36,731 bases of DNA from Candidatus Hydrothermales bacterium. GTDB taxonomy: Bacteria; Hydrothermota; Hydrothermia; Hydrothermales; JAJRUZ01. The stretch is taken from the NCBI GenBank assembly GCA_039630575.1, contig JBCNUW010000019.1, forward strand, positions 1 through 36,731. Direction: 5' to 3'. A model generated the notes under the pieces. That model did not search any database, was not told the DNA's origin, and worked only from the letters and a program-made list of their open reading frames with translations. The position numbers and the translations under genes were made by a program. This document shows, one piece after another, positions 17,459-26,968 of the stretch. The stretch's first letter is position 1. Every line of letters starts with the position of its first letter.

Positions 17459-18151
17459 ATGATAAAAGCATGTATATTTGATCTTGACAACACTCTGCTT
17501 GATTTTATGAGGATGAAAAGGGAGTCAGTAGAAATGGCAGTAGAGGCTATGATAGATGCTGGATTAAAAATTAAAAAGGAATATGCAATTGAGAAAATAT
17601 TTAAACTTTATGGAGAAACACATATCGAAGATCAGAAAATTTTTGATAGGTTTCTTGAAATCGAGCTTGGTAATATTGACTACAAGATACTTGCAGCAGG
17701 TATTGTAGCATACAGAAAAGCAAAGACAGCTAATATGATATTATACCCACACATAAAGTTTGTTTTAACAGAACTTTTAAGAATGGGACTAAAGCTTGGA
17801 GTTATTTCAGATGCACCGAGATTACAAGCTTGGACCAGATTGGCAGAAGTGGGTCTCCATACAATATTTGATGCTGTCATTACTTGGGATGATACTGGAA
17901 TAAGAAAACCAAACCCTGAACCTTTTGTCGCTATACTAAAAAAATTAGATGTAAAACCACACAATGCGTTAATGGTTGGTGATTGGGCAGAAAGAGATAT
18001 ATATGGTGCAAAAGAAGTAGGTATGATAACTGTATTTGCCAGGTATGGAGATACTTTTGGAACAAAAAATTCTGGTGCTGATTTTGAGATCGATGACCCC
18101 CTTGAACTTATCGAAATAGTAAAGAAATTAAATGAAAATCAAGGAACTTAA
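17459..18151 (+). CDS. HAD-superfamily hydrolase (subfamily IA)
   Basis: FDLDNTL, ISD, KPNPEPF, MVGDW..RDI.GA. Start moved to ATG 17459 because the ORF-track start lies inside the tRNA. Confidence 0.92.
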   Translation: MIKACIFDLDNTLLDFMRMKRESVEMAVEAMIDAGLKIKKEYAIEKIFKLYGETHIEDQKIFDRFLEIELGNIDYKILAAGIVAYRKAKTANMILYPHIKFVLTELLRMGLKLGVISDAPRLQAWTRLAEVGLHTIFDAVITWDDTGIRKPNPEPFVAILKKLDVKPHNALMVGDWAERDIYGAKEVGMITVFARYGDTFGTKNSGADFEIDDPLELIEIVKKLNENQGT

Positions 18152-18518
18152 AAGCGGAGTTGACTTAATAGAAATTGAAAGAATAAAAAATGCTTACAAA
18201 AAATTTGGTGAGAAATTTTTAAAGAGGATATTTACAGAAAAAGAAATTGAATATGCTTTTAAAAACAGAAATCCTTTTATCCATTTGGCAGGTCGTTTTG
18301 CTGCTAAAGAAGCTGTGATGAAATCTCTGGGAAGTGGTTTTGGAAAAGGCGTTTACTTTAAAAAAATAGAAATTGTAAGAGACAAAAGCGGTAAGCCTGA
18401 AATAAAACTCCATGGAGATTTAGAAGAAAAATTTAAAAACAAAAAATTCTCAGTATCAATAACCCATGATGGAAAATATGCACTAGCTTTTTGTATTATG
18501 TTAGATTGTGAAGAGTAA
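18132..18518 (+). CDS. acpS: Holo-[acyl-carrier-protein] synthase
   Basis: GVDLIEIERI, AGRFAAKEAVMKSLG.G, GKP, SITHD. Confidence 0.95.
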   Translation: MKIKELKSGVDLIEIERIKNAYKKFGEKFLKRIFTEKEIEYAFKNRNPFIHLAGRFAAKEAVMKSLGSGFGKGVYFKKIEIVRDKSGKPEIKLHGDLEEKFKNKKFSVSITHDGKYALAFCIMLDCEE

Positions 18519-19317
18519 ACACTATAATAAACTTTTTGAAAGGTTTGAGGAACTCAAAAGTAAAATTAAAATTGGTGCCACCTTTGAAGAAGTAAAGAAT
18601 GAGTTAAAGGAACTTTATATAGAGGTAAAAGATGAAATTGACTTTCTTTTAGAACTTCTAGAGGAGATAAAGAGGGAAACTTTAAAATTGAAAACAGGTT
18701 CTGAAGTACAAGATCCTTACAAGTTTGTCCAAAGACTTCAGATTACCGAGGTAGATATAACTACCTTTTTAGAAAAAGGTTGGAATGAAATTGCAAAAGG
18801 TAACTATGATGAGGCTATAAGAATTCTTGAAAATGTAAGAGAAAAATCTCCTGACAATGTGAAAGTTTTAAATCTTCTTGGGTGGGCTTATGTCCAGGCA
18901 GGAAGGTTCGATGATGCCTTTCCTCTTTATATTAAAGTTCTTCAAATTGAGCCAAGAAACACAATGGCTATGAAAGATATTGGTTATATATGTTATAAAA
19001 AGGGAATATATGGAGAAGCTATAGAACACTTAGCTAAAGTGATAAGAATTGATAATAATCCTACTGCTACTCTTTACGCTCTCTATTATTTGGGTTTAAT
19101 CTATCTCGATAGAGAAATGTATGACGATGCTGTCTCATTTTTTAAAAAGGCACTTGAAAGAGGACCAAACCTTATAGAAGCTATATACCATTTAGGAATT
19201 ACCTATGAGAAAAAGAAAGAGTATGAAAAGGCAAAAGAAAGTTTTAGGAGAGTTATTGAAATAGCACCTGACTCAAAATGGGCTAAAAAAGCAACAGAAA
19301 GGCTTGAAAATGTTTGA
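18508..19317 (+). CDS. Tetratricopeptide repeat protein with helical N-terminal domain
   Basis: About five TPR units (LGWAY..GRFDDA, IGYICY..G.Y.EA, LGLIY...MYDDA, LGITY...EYEKA). Confidence 0.88.
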   Translation: MKSKHYNKLFERFEELKSKIKIGATFEEVKNELKELYIEVKDEIDFLLELLEEIKRETLKLKTGSEVQDPYKFVQRLQITEVDITTFLEKGWNEIAKGNYDEAIRILENVREKSPDNVKVLNLLGWAYVQAGRFDDAFPLYIKVLQIEPRNTMAMKDIGYICYKKGIYGEAIEHLAKVIRIDNNPTATLYALYYLGLIYLDREMYDDAVSFFKKALERGPNLIEAIYHLGITYEKKKEYEKAKESFRRVIEIAPDSKWAKKATERLENV

Positions 19318-20113
19318 AGAATTCTTCGGTTTTAAAAAATCACCATTTAAAAACACTGTTGATTTAGATTTTCTTTTTTGGGCTGAAAATATAAAGGAAA
19401 GTTATGCAAGAATTCTTTATCAAATTTTTGAATTAAAAGGCGGGCTATCTTTAATTCTCGGTGAGATTGGATGTGGAAAAACAACCCTCTCTAAATTACT
19501 TGAGAAGGACTTAAAAGAAAAAGAGAAAAAAACCTTACTTCTTTTAGACCCCCTTATATCACCGTCAGCTTTCTTAAATCTTTTAGCTAAAAATTTCCTT
19601 GAAGGTGAAAATTATAAAAAAAGTAAAACAGCCTTAAGAAGTGAATTAGAGAAAAAGTTTATAAGTGACCCTTTTAAATTTATAATTCTAATTGACGAAG
19701 CTCAACTTTTAAGTTCCAAACTGCTCGAGGAGATTAGATTACTCCTAAATATGGAGATACCCGAGGGAAAACTTTTACAGATAGTTCTTTTTGGGCAAAT
19801 GGAATTAAAAAGGAAATTAAAAAAGTACCCTGCAATAATGCAAAGAGTTGCAATCGCTTACACCTTAAATCCATATTCTGAAGAGGAGACAGAAAGTTAC
19901 ATTAAACATAGATTAAAAGTTGCTGGAGGAGAAGAGGATATATTTGAGAAAGAGGCAATAAAAGAAATTTTTTCAATTACAAAAGGTTATCCCAGACTAA
20001 TCAATAGTCTCTGTTCTAATGCCCTTTTTGTTGCCTTTACAAGGAATAAAAAAAGAGTTGATAAAGAAATCGTTTCCCTTATAAAGAAAGATTTTGAATT
20101 TCATCTTGGTTAA
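19310..20113 (+). CDS. ExeA/GspA-family AAA ATPase (stand-alone)
   Basis: MFEEFFGF..SPF start, Walker A GEIGCGKT, Walker B LIDEAQ, LLQIVLFGQ.EL, YIKHRL..AG, G.PRLIN. Confidence 0.9.
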   Translation: MFEEFFGFKKSPFKNTVDLDFLFWAENIKESYARILYQIFELKGGLSLILGEIGCGKTTLSKLLEKDLKEKEKKTLLLLDPLISPSAFLNLLAKNFLEGENYKKSKTALRSELEKKFISDPFKFIILIDEAQLLSSKLLEEIRLLLNMEIPEGKLLQIVLFGQMELKRKLKKYPAIMQRVAIAYTLNPYSEEETESYIKHRLKVAGGEEDIFEKEAIKEIFSITKGYPRLINSLCSNALFVAFTRNKKRVDKEIVSLIKKDFEFHLG

Positions 20114-20119
20114 AAATTA

Positions 20120-21589
20120 CTAAATTTCAAAATTTAACACTTTTTCAATTTTTCTAAGGACTTCAAAAGGTGCCAAATCGTCAGTAAATATTTTTAAATC
20201 TTTAAAATTGGAATTAAGAAAATTATCAAGTTCAGATGGAATATTTTTCTTGAGAAGCAGAAGAGCCCTGATACTTGAATATAACTCTGAAATAGTTATT
20301 ACCTTAAACTTATCTAAGATATCTAATAGTTTCAAACAGGAATTCATAGTCATTGGAACATAGTCTTCTTGATTCTGTGAGGTTGGTATTGAATCTGAAA
20401 GATCAGGAAACGTTAAGGTTTTTATATAGGAAACGAGGGATGCAACAAGAACATGCAAAATCATAAGTCCTGATTTTTTTCCAGGTTCAGTAGAAAGGAA
20501 CTTGGGCATTTCAACTACTTCACTACCCATTAAATGATTAATCCTTCTTTCAGAAACATTTGACAAAACTGAGATAATTTTTTTTAAATTTTCAGCAGCA
20601 AAAGATAACCTTATTCCTATAAAATTTCCTCCAGAGATTACTCTGTCATTTAGTATTAAGGGATTATCAGATACACACTCAATTTCTTCATCAACTATCC
20701 TTTTACAGAATTCAAGAACTTCATCAGTTGTACCCCTTATCTGTGGCATGCATCTAAAAGAATAAGGATCTTGGACAAGTTTCTTTTTTCTCTCAAATTT
20801 ATAATCCCTAAGAAATTCTCTATAAATTTTAGCAAACTTTTTTTCACTCTTTGAGTTTCGTAGACTAATTAAACTCTCATTAAATATATCAGGATTTCCA
20901 TCTATTGCAACAAATGAAAAAAGGAAAGCTCTATCATAGAAAGATAAAACAGTTTCCAGAAACTTAATAGCATAAACTAATATAGCAAGTGAAACTTGAG
21001 TCCCATTTATAAGAGCGATTGCCTCTTTATATTCCATTTCAAGTGGCTGTGTATTCGTAGATTTAAGAACTAAATATGTCGGTAAAAGTCTTTCATCATG
21101 AAAAACCATTCCTCCACCAGTAAGAGCTAAGGCTATATGCGAAAGTGGAATTAAATCTCCACTTGCACCCACAGACCCAAAAGAAGGAACATAAGGAACA
21201 ATATTTTTGTTTAGAAATTCCTCAAGTTTTAATATTATCTCAGGTCTTACACCTGAGTACCCTTTGGATAACATATACAACCTTAAAAACATCGCCATTC
21301 TTACAATTTCCTTCTTAAGAGGTTCTCCATAACCCGCTGAATGGGAAACAATAAGATCTTTTTGAAAATCCTTTAGCTCGTCAAAATTCAATTTTCGGTC
21401 AGCAAGTCTTCCAACTCCTGTGTTTATCCCATAATAAAGTTCATCCCTTCTTATCAAATTTTCAAGAACTTCTCTATTTGCTTTAACTTTCTTCAAAACC
21501 TCTGATTCAATTTTTATCTTTCTCCCCTTCGCAATGTTCCAAAGTTCATCAATACTTAATTTATCAAGTCCTATATGAAAGTACCTCAT
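20120..21589 (-). CDS. hutH: Aromatic amino acid ammonia-lyase, histidine ammonia-lyase-like
   Basis: YYGINTG.G, LIVSH, MIO tripeptide GSVGASGDL, ALINGT, QDPYS.RC, SDNP, GGNF, NQED. Alternative TTG start at 21595. Confidence 0.8.
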   Translation of the reverse strand: MRYFHIGLDKLSIDELWNIAKGRKIKIESEVLKKVKANREVLENLIRRDELYYGINTGVGRLADRKLNFDELKDFQKDLIVSHSAGYGEPLKKEIVRMAMFLRLYMLSKGYSGVRPEIILKLEEFLNKNIVPYVPSFGSVGASGDLIPLSHIALALTGGGMVFHDERLLPTYLVLKSTNTQPLEMEYKEAIALINGTQVSLAILVYAIKFLETVLSFYDRAFLFSFVAIDGNPDIFNESLISLRNSKSEKKFAKIYREFLRDYKFERKKKLVQDPYSFRCMPQIRGTTDEVLEFCKRIVDEEIECVSDNPLILNDRVISGGNFIGIRLSFAAENLKKIISVLSNVSERRINHLMGSEVVEMPKFLSTEPGKKSGLMILHVLVASLVSYIKTLTFPDLSDSIPTSQNQEDYVPMTMNSCLKLLDILDKFKVITISELYSSIRALLLLKKNIPSELDNFLNSNFKDLKIFTDDLAPFEVLRKIEKVLNFEI

Positions 21590-21591
21590 AT

Positions 21592-22842
21592 TCAAAAAAG
21601 AGACATTTGTGGTTTATATTTTTTTTCATAGTTTTTATCATCTTCTTTTTCAAAAACAATTATTTTTCCATAAACACCGTCATAACCTGGTATTCTCTTT
21701 ACTTTACCGTCTCTCATGTTTTTTATTCCTTCAACCAGTTTTTCATCTACACTATTTAAAAGTTCATCTAAATCAACATTAAGCAAAACATTTATCTCAT
21801 TATCATATTTTTTTACAAGAAATTCCCAAATTTTTTCAGTTTCCTTAGTGTTTTCTCCCTTATCTATTGCCTGAGCGATAATCTCTCTAAGTGGAACGAG
21901 ATTTTTAAAAGGAATATAATATTCCGGTTTCTCCCCAAAATTTCTGTTTCTTAACTTATAAACTCTTGACAAAACACCGATAGTAAGAGGTCGGTTACAT
22001 TTTGGGCATTTATTATTAAACTTGATCGATTCCTCAGGATGGAGAAAAACTCCACAGCTTCTATGTCCATCATAATGATACTTACCCTCTTCAGGAAAAA
22101 ACTCAATAGTAAACAAAAATTTTTCCTTGTCTTTTTTCTCTAAAACACCTTTTAGCTCTTCATATGATAGGTAATCTTTAAAAACGTTTGCCTCACGACC
22201 TATTCTTTCAGGAGAATGTGAATCCGAGTTTGAAACAAGAGAAAAATTATCAAGAGAGGAAAGCATCCAATTCATAGGGGGATCAGATGAAAGTCCTGTT
22301 TCAAGAGCCTGTATTTCCTTTACATAATTTCCAAATGCCTCTTCTAATGAGTCAAAACCAGAATTAGATCCAAAGAGAGAAAACCAAGGTGTCCATATAT
22401 GGGCCGGTATAATCATGATATCTTTTGAAATTTCCCTAACTAACTCAATAAAACTAATAGTATCTAATGAAAAAGTGGGTCTTCCATCTGATCTAACAGA
22501 TCCAAAAAGAGAGATTTTCTTTTCAAGTTTCTCAACAGTTAAAAAGTCTGGAAAAGTTAGAATAATATGAATCCTTCTAACTTTATTATCTTTTGAGAAA
22601 ACAAGATTTATCTCAGTTGTTAAAATAAATAATGTCCCATCTATTTCAAAGTAACCGTCACCCCTTTCTTTTAAAATTCCTTTAAGTTCTTTTCTATATT
22701 CGGGATGTAGTATATCTCCGGTTCCAAGTAGATGAATTCCTTTAAATTTTGCATACTTTGAGAGAAAAATTGGGTTCATATTATGGCTTGTAGCTCTGGA
22801 GTAAAAAGAGTGTATGTGTATATCAGCTATAAAATAGTTCAT
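21592..22842 (-). CDS. Endonuclease Q family (PHP-domain) protein
   Basis: ADIHIHS.YSRATS, GTGD..HP, PAHIWTPW.S, ETGLSSD, SNSDSHS...GRE, GKYH..GH..C...CPKC...GV..RV, PGYDGVYG. Confidence 0.92.
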   Translation of the reverse strand: MNYFIADIHIHSFYSRATSHNMNPIFLSKYAKFKGIHLLGTGDILHPEYRKELKGILKERGDGYFEIDGTLFILTTEINLVFSKDNKVRRIHIILTFPDFLTVEKLEKKISLFGSVRSDGRPTFSLDTISFIELVREISKDIMIIPAHIWTPWFSLFGSNSGFDSLEEAFGNYVKEIQALETGLSSDPPMNWMLSSLDNFSLVSNSDSHSPERIGREANVFKDYLSYEELKGVLEKKDKEKFLFTIEFFPEEGKYHYDGHRSCGVFLHPEESIKFNNKCPKCNRPLTIGVLSRVYKLRNRNFGEKPEYYIPFKNLVPLREIIAQAIDKGENTKETEKIWEFLVKKYDNEINVLLNVDLDELLNSVDEKLVEGIKNMRDGKVKRIPGYDGVYGKIIVFEKEDDKNYEKKYKPQMSLF

Positions 22843-23591
22843 TTTAGTGCTACGTATTGAATTCTTGTAGTATAAGAATTGGGTAAGCTATACTTCAAAT
22901 GTTCATATACATTAACATTTTTAAAACCTGCTTTCTTTAAAAGATCTACTACCTCATCGATAAAGTAGCCTTTTTCAAAGTGAATTTCTTTAACGTATTT
23001 TTCCTTTCCATTTTCTTTCCATTCTATTGTAATTTCAAGTTTTGAAATTTTTTCCTCCTCCATCCACTCATTTTCCCAGATGGAGATAAAATTCTTATGA
23101 ATTTTTATATCTTTTCTTGTATTCCATAATTCTTTAAGTGCAAAAATAGAATTCATATCAAATAAAAAGATTCCTTTACTCTCTAAATTCTGATAAACAC
23201 AGGAGAAGGAGTTATAAAGTTCTTCCTTAGTCAAAAGGTAATTCATACTATCGAAGAAGCAAAAAATTGCATCAAACTTTAATTTAAAATGAAAATTTCT
23301 AATATCTGAAAGAACAAGAAAAATTTTTTTATTTAATTTTTCCATTTTTCTTTTGGCTACCTTCAGCATTTCAACTGATTTATCAATACCCACTATTTTT
23401 TTGCAAGATTCTGAGAGATAAATAGTTGGAGTTACTGTGCCACAAGCTAAATCAAGAAATTTTTCCTTTTTAATGTTGAAAATATTCAAGAATGTAAGTG
23501 TGTAATCAACCCACTCTTTATAAGAAACATTACTCATTAACTCATCATAAAATTGTGCAATTTTAGTAAAGGGTTTTGAGATATCTGACAC
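22839..23591 (-). CDS. Class I SAM-dependent methyltransferase
   Basis: LDLACGT, GIDKS..ML, FD...C.FDSMNY, G.FLFD. Probable GTG start at 23591 overlaps the upstream TAG. Confidence 0.88.
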   Translation of the reverse strand: MSDISKPFTKIAQFYDELMSNVSYKEWVDYTLTFLNIFNIKKEKFLDLACGTVTPTIYLSESCKKIVGIDKSVEMLKVAKRKMEKLNKKIFLVLSDIRNFHFKLKFDAIFCFFDSMNYLLTKEELYNSFSCVYQNLESKGIFLFDMNSIFALKELWNTRKDIKIHKNFISIWENEWMEEEKISKLEITIEWKENGKEKYVKEIHFEKGYFIDEVVDLLKKAGFKNVNVYEHLKYSLPNSYTTRIQYVALK

Positions 23592-24790
23592 TAAAAGCTT
23601 TTTTGTAAAGATTTCCAATATTCTTTTAAATCACTCCTTTTAATTGTATCAATTAAATAATCTGTAAACTCTGAGCTTGTAGCACCTGTTGACCTACCTG
23701 TAATAACCACTTTTTTTTCATATTGACCACAAATATCAAGAGCCATATCAAGTAAATCGCCTCTTTCATTATAACCAATATGTCTTAGGAGCATTGCTGA
23801 AGCTCTGATAACACTTGAAGGATCTGCATATTTAGCTCTACCCTCCTCTACCATTCTTGGAGCAGAGCCATGGATAGCTTCAAACATAGCATATCTTTTC
23901 CCCACATTTGCACTCCCAGCTGTTCCAACACCACCTTGAAATTCAGCAGCTTCATCAGTAAGTATGTCTCCGTATAAATTTGGCATAACTAAAACCTGAA
24001 ATTGTGTTCTTCTGTGTTTATCAATTAGTTTAGCTGACATAATATCAATAAACCAGTCATCAGCCTCAATGTCAGGATATTCTTTTGCAATTTCGTAAAA
24101 AACCTTTAAAAACCTGCCGTCTGTTTTTTTAATCACATTAGCCTTTGTAACTGCTGTTACTCTCTTTTTACCATTCTTTTTTGCATATTCAAAAGCAAGT
24201 CTTATAATTCTTTCACTTCCAGGTGATGTTATTACTTTAAAATCAATTGAAAGATCATCTGTGACATCAATTCCCTCACTTCCCACAGCATAAAGATCCT
24301 CAGTATTTTCCCTGAAAAAGATCCAATCAATTCCCTCAGAAGGGACTCTAACAGGTCTTATATTAGCAAAAAGATCAAGTTCTTTTCTAAGTGCTACGTT
24401 TGCACTTTCTATATTAGGCCAGGGATCACCAGCTTTTGGTGTTGTAGTAGGTCCTTTTAAAAGTACATGGCACTTTTTTATTTCCTCAAGAACATCATCT
24501 GGGACAGCTTTATTAACTTTTGCTCTATTTTCAATAGTTAACCCCTCTATTTTTCTGAACTCTACAATTTTGTTTTTTTCCTCTTCATGTAGTAAAAATT
24601 TTAAAACTCTAAGAGCCTCATCTGTTATAAAAGGTCCTATTCCGTCTCCTCCTGCTACACCTATAACAATTGGTCTTATTTTAGTGTAATCGATCCAGTC
24701 CTCTGCACTTTTGATTCTTTCGACCCTTTCTATTTGTTTCCTTAAAATTTCCGCAAACTTCTCTTGTGCCTTTTTAATTTTATCTTCCAT
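23591..24790 (-). CDS. Isocitrate/isopropylmalate dehydrogenase family protein (isocitrate-type signature)
   Basis: GDGIGP, LKGPTTTP, SANVALRKELDLFANIRP, RENTEDLY, KANV, NLYGDILTD, FEAIHGSAP. Confidence 0.9.
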   Translation of the reverse strand: MEDKIKKAQEKFAEILRKQIERVERIKSAEDWIDYTKIRPIVIGVAGGDGIGPFITDEALRVLKFLLHEEEKNKIVEFRKIEGLTIENRAKVNKAVPDDVLEEIKKCHVLLKGPTTTPKAGDPWPNIESANVALRKELDLFANIRPVRVPSEGIDWIFFRENTEDLYAVGSEGIDVTDDLSIDFKVITSPGSERIIRLAFEYAKKNGKKRVTAVTKANVIKKTDGRFLKVFYEIAKEYPDIEADDWFIDIMSAKLIDKHRRTQFQVLVMPNLYGDILTDEAAEFQGGVGTAGSANVGKRYAMFEAIHGSAPRMVEEGRAKYADPSSVIRASAMLLRHIGYNERGDLLDMALDICGQYEKKVVITGRSTGATSSEFTDYLIDTIKRSDLKEYWKSLQKSF

Positions 24791-24797
24791 CCTAATT

Positions 24798-25361
24798 TTA
24801 TCTTCTTTTATGGATTTGAACCTTATAAAATATATCCTTACTTATAACTGGGTTAATTACAAAGTTTTTAAAAATCATTACATACTTTACAAAAAGATCT
24901 GTAGAAATAATATTCAACTTGTAAGGTTTATTGTTGTCAGGTTCTATGAAAACTTCAATAGTATCATACACTAAGCTTGAATCTTTTCTTTCAAAAATAA
25001 AAATTGATGTGTCAGCTTTAATTTTCTCCTCCTTCAAATTATACAAATTTTCAAAATTAAAAAGAAAAAAATCCGGTAAATAGGGCGATGAAAAAATTTC
25101 TGACTCTTCTTTTTCTTCATAATCGTATATAAAAATTTTATTTTTTCTTACAAATAAAATCTGCGAATCAGGTTTTGTGATTGAAAATCTCAAGTATCCT
25201 TCTTTACTTGCCCAAAGCATACCCTCAAATTCTCTCGCATCACCATCTGAGATTAAAATTTCAGTAAATTCAGCATAAATTGTTTTAACATTATTAAGGT
25301 AATATTCGCTTATTTTTTCCCAAGTTGAAAAAAATAAAATTAAGTATAAAATTTTTATCAC
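24798..25361 (-). CDS. Outer-membrane lipoprotein carrier LolA-like protein
   Basis: Short signal, then A.F.E...F.G.L...LRF....PD.Q and C-terminal F.N..IN.....F, consistent with the LolA fold. Confidence 0.7.
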   Translation of the reverse strand: MIKILYLILFFSTWEKISEYYLNNVKTIYAEFTEILISDGDAREFEGMLWASKEGYLRFSITKPDSQILFVRKNKIFIYDYEEKEESEIFSSPYLPDFFLFNFENLYNLKEEKIKADTSIFIFERKDSSLVYDTIEVFIEPDNNKPYKLNIISTDLFVKYVMIFKNFVINPVISKDIFYKVQIHKRR

Positions 25362-26230
25362 TTAGATAATTTATTTTTAACTAAGATTGCAACCTCAGAG
25401 GGTAGCGTTGCAACTGAAACATTAGCCTCTTTTAAAGCATTTATTTTACTTTCAGCTGTACCTTTTCCTCCCTCTATTATAGCTCCAGCATGTCCCATTC
25501 TCTTCTCAGGTGGTGCTGTTCTACCTGCTATAAATGCTACAACAGGTTTTTTTAAATTCTTTTTTATATATTCAGCTGCATCCTCTTCGTCAGTTCCACC
25601 TATTTCACCGATTAAAACAATACATTCTGTTTCACTATCTTTTTCAAACAGTTCAAGCAAATCGATAAATCTGGTTCCGATAATTGGATCACCACCAATT
25701 CCAACAGCTGTAGATTGACCTAAATTATTATTAGTTAAATGATAGACTACTTCATAGGTTAATGTGCCACTTCTTGAAACAACACCTACTGGTCCTTTTT
25801 TGAAAATATGTCCAGGCATTATTCCAACCTTTGCAACAGATGGAGCAATTATACCAGGACAGTTTGGACCTATTATCCTTACATCAGTTCCCTTAATATA
25901 ATCCAAAATTTCAGCCATATCTTGAGCAGGTATTCCTTCGGTAATTGTAACTATAAGTTTAATTCCTGCATCAATAGCCTCGTACATTGCATCTTTTGCA
26001 AAGGGAGCAGGAACAAAAATTACTGAAGTGTTTGCACCCTCTTTTCTTACAGCTTCAGATACACTGTTGAAAACTGGAATATCATCAACCTTCTGTCCAC
26101 CCTTAGATGGAGTAACACCGGCAACAACTTTTGTTCCATATTCTTTCATTTTAATTGCATGAAAGGAACCGTCCCTTCCTGTAATACCTTGAACCAAAAC
26201 TCTTGTGTCATGAGATAAAAGTATCGCCAT
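25358..26230 (-). CDS. sucD: Succinate--CoA ligase subunit alpha
   Basis: [45 protein letters not shown] (phospho-His); GGAGG RBS. Confidence 0.97.
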   Translation of the reverse strand: MAILLSHDTRVLVQGITGRDGSFHAIKMKEYGTKVVAGVTPSKGGQKVDDIPVFNSVSEAVRKEGANTSVIFVPAPFAKDAMYEAIDAGIKLIVTITEGIPAQDMAEILDYIKGTDVRIIGPNCPGIIAPSVAKVGIMPGHIFKKGPVGVVSRSGTLTYEVVYHLTNNNLGQSTAVGIGGDPIIGTRFIDLLELFEKDSETECIVLIGEIGGTDEEDAAEYIKKNLKKPVVAFIAGRTAPPEKRMGHAGAIIEGGKGTAESKINALKEANVSVATLPSEVAILVKNKLSK

Positions 26231-26401
26231 TTTATAATCCTCCTTTAATTTGAAAATTATTTTTAATTATAAGACTTTTGTACTTGAAAACAAAAATTTT
26301 TATGAAGAATAATTTATTTACTTCCTTCTTTTAATTTATTGCATAGCACCTTATAAATTTTGTTAAAGCAGAAAATAAATTAGAATAGCTTATAATTAAC
26401 T

Positions 26402-26956
26402 ATGAAGAAAATCTTAATAGCTTTACTTCCTTTAATTTACTACTGCGTAAAACCTTTAAATCATGATAAAGCCAGAATTAAAAAAGGAGAAAACTTTTAC
26501 AGTGGCTTCGAAGGATTTTATACCAAGAGTTACAGTGATTTTCGATCCTATGGAATCATAGGTACTATAGGAGCCTACTATGGATTATCTGAAAATCTCG
26601 CCTTGGGAGTTGAAGTTTCGGCAGGTTCTGAAAGTTATGAAGAAAGCAAAACTTGGTTTTGGCCTCTTTTTCATGGTTATGGATTCATAAAATTTTCTTA
26701 TCCCTTTTCTTATTACATTCTTAGTATTAAAGGTGGGGCAGGTTATCCTGATAGACTCAAACTTGGAATACTTCTCGGAATACCTGATACTGAAAAATTT
26801 ACTATTTCTTACTTCCGGTATTACCCAAATCTTAATTTATTTAGTCTAAGTATACAAATGACTAAAAATGCTTTTCTTTCAACAGGTTTTATCTTTTATA
26901 TATCTAGTATATACTACCTAGTATCTTTTAAGTTGGGAATCTCTCTTAGAAATTGA
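26402..26956 (+). CDS. Hypothetical protein, probable lipoprotein or outer-membrane beta-rich protein
   Basis: MKK + hydrophobic stretch + Cys15; aromatic/Gly-rich alternating strands and a beta-strand-like C-terminus. Confidence 0.6.
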   Translation: MKKILIALLPLIYYCVKPLNHDKARIKKGENFYSGFEGFYTKSYSDFRSYGIIGTIGAYYGLSENLALGVEVSAGSESYEESKTWFWPLFHGYGFIKFSYPFSYYILSIKGGAGYPDRLKLGILLGIPDTEKFTISYFRYYPNLNLFSLSIQMTKNAFLSTGFIFYISSIYYLVSFKLGISLRN

Positions 26957-26968
26957 ACTAAGTTTTAT

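Noticed and set aside
17373..17460. tRNA as an integration site for an island
   Set aside because: No integrase follows, the downstream genes are housekeeping, and I saw no duplicate of the tRNA 3' end.
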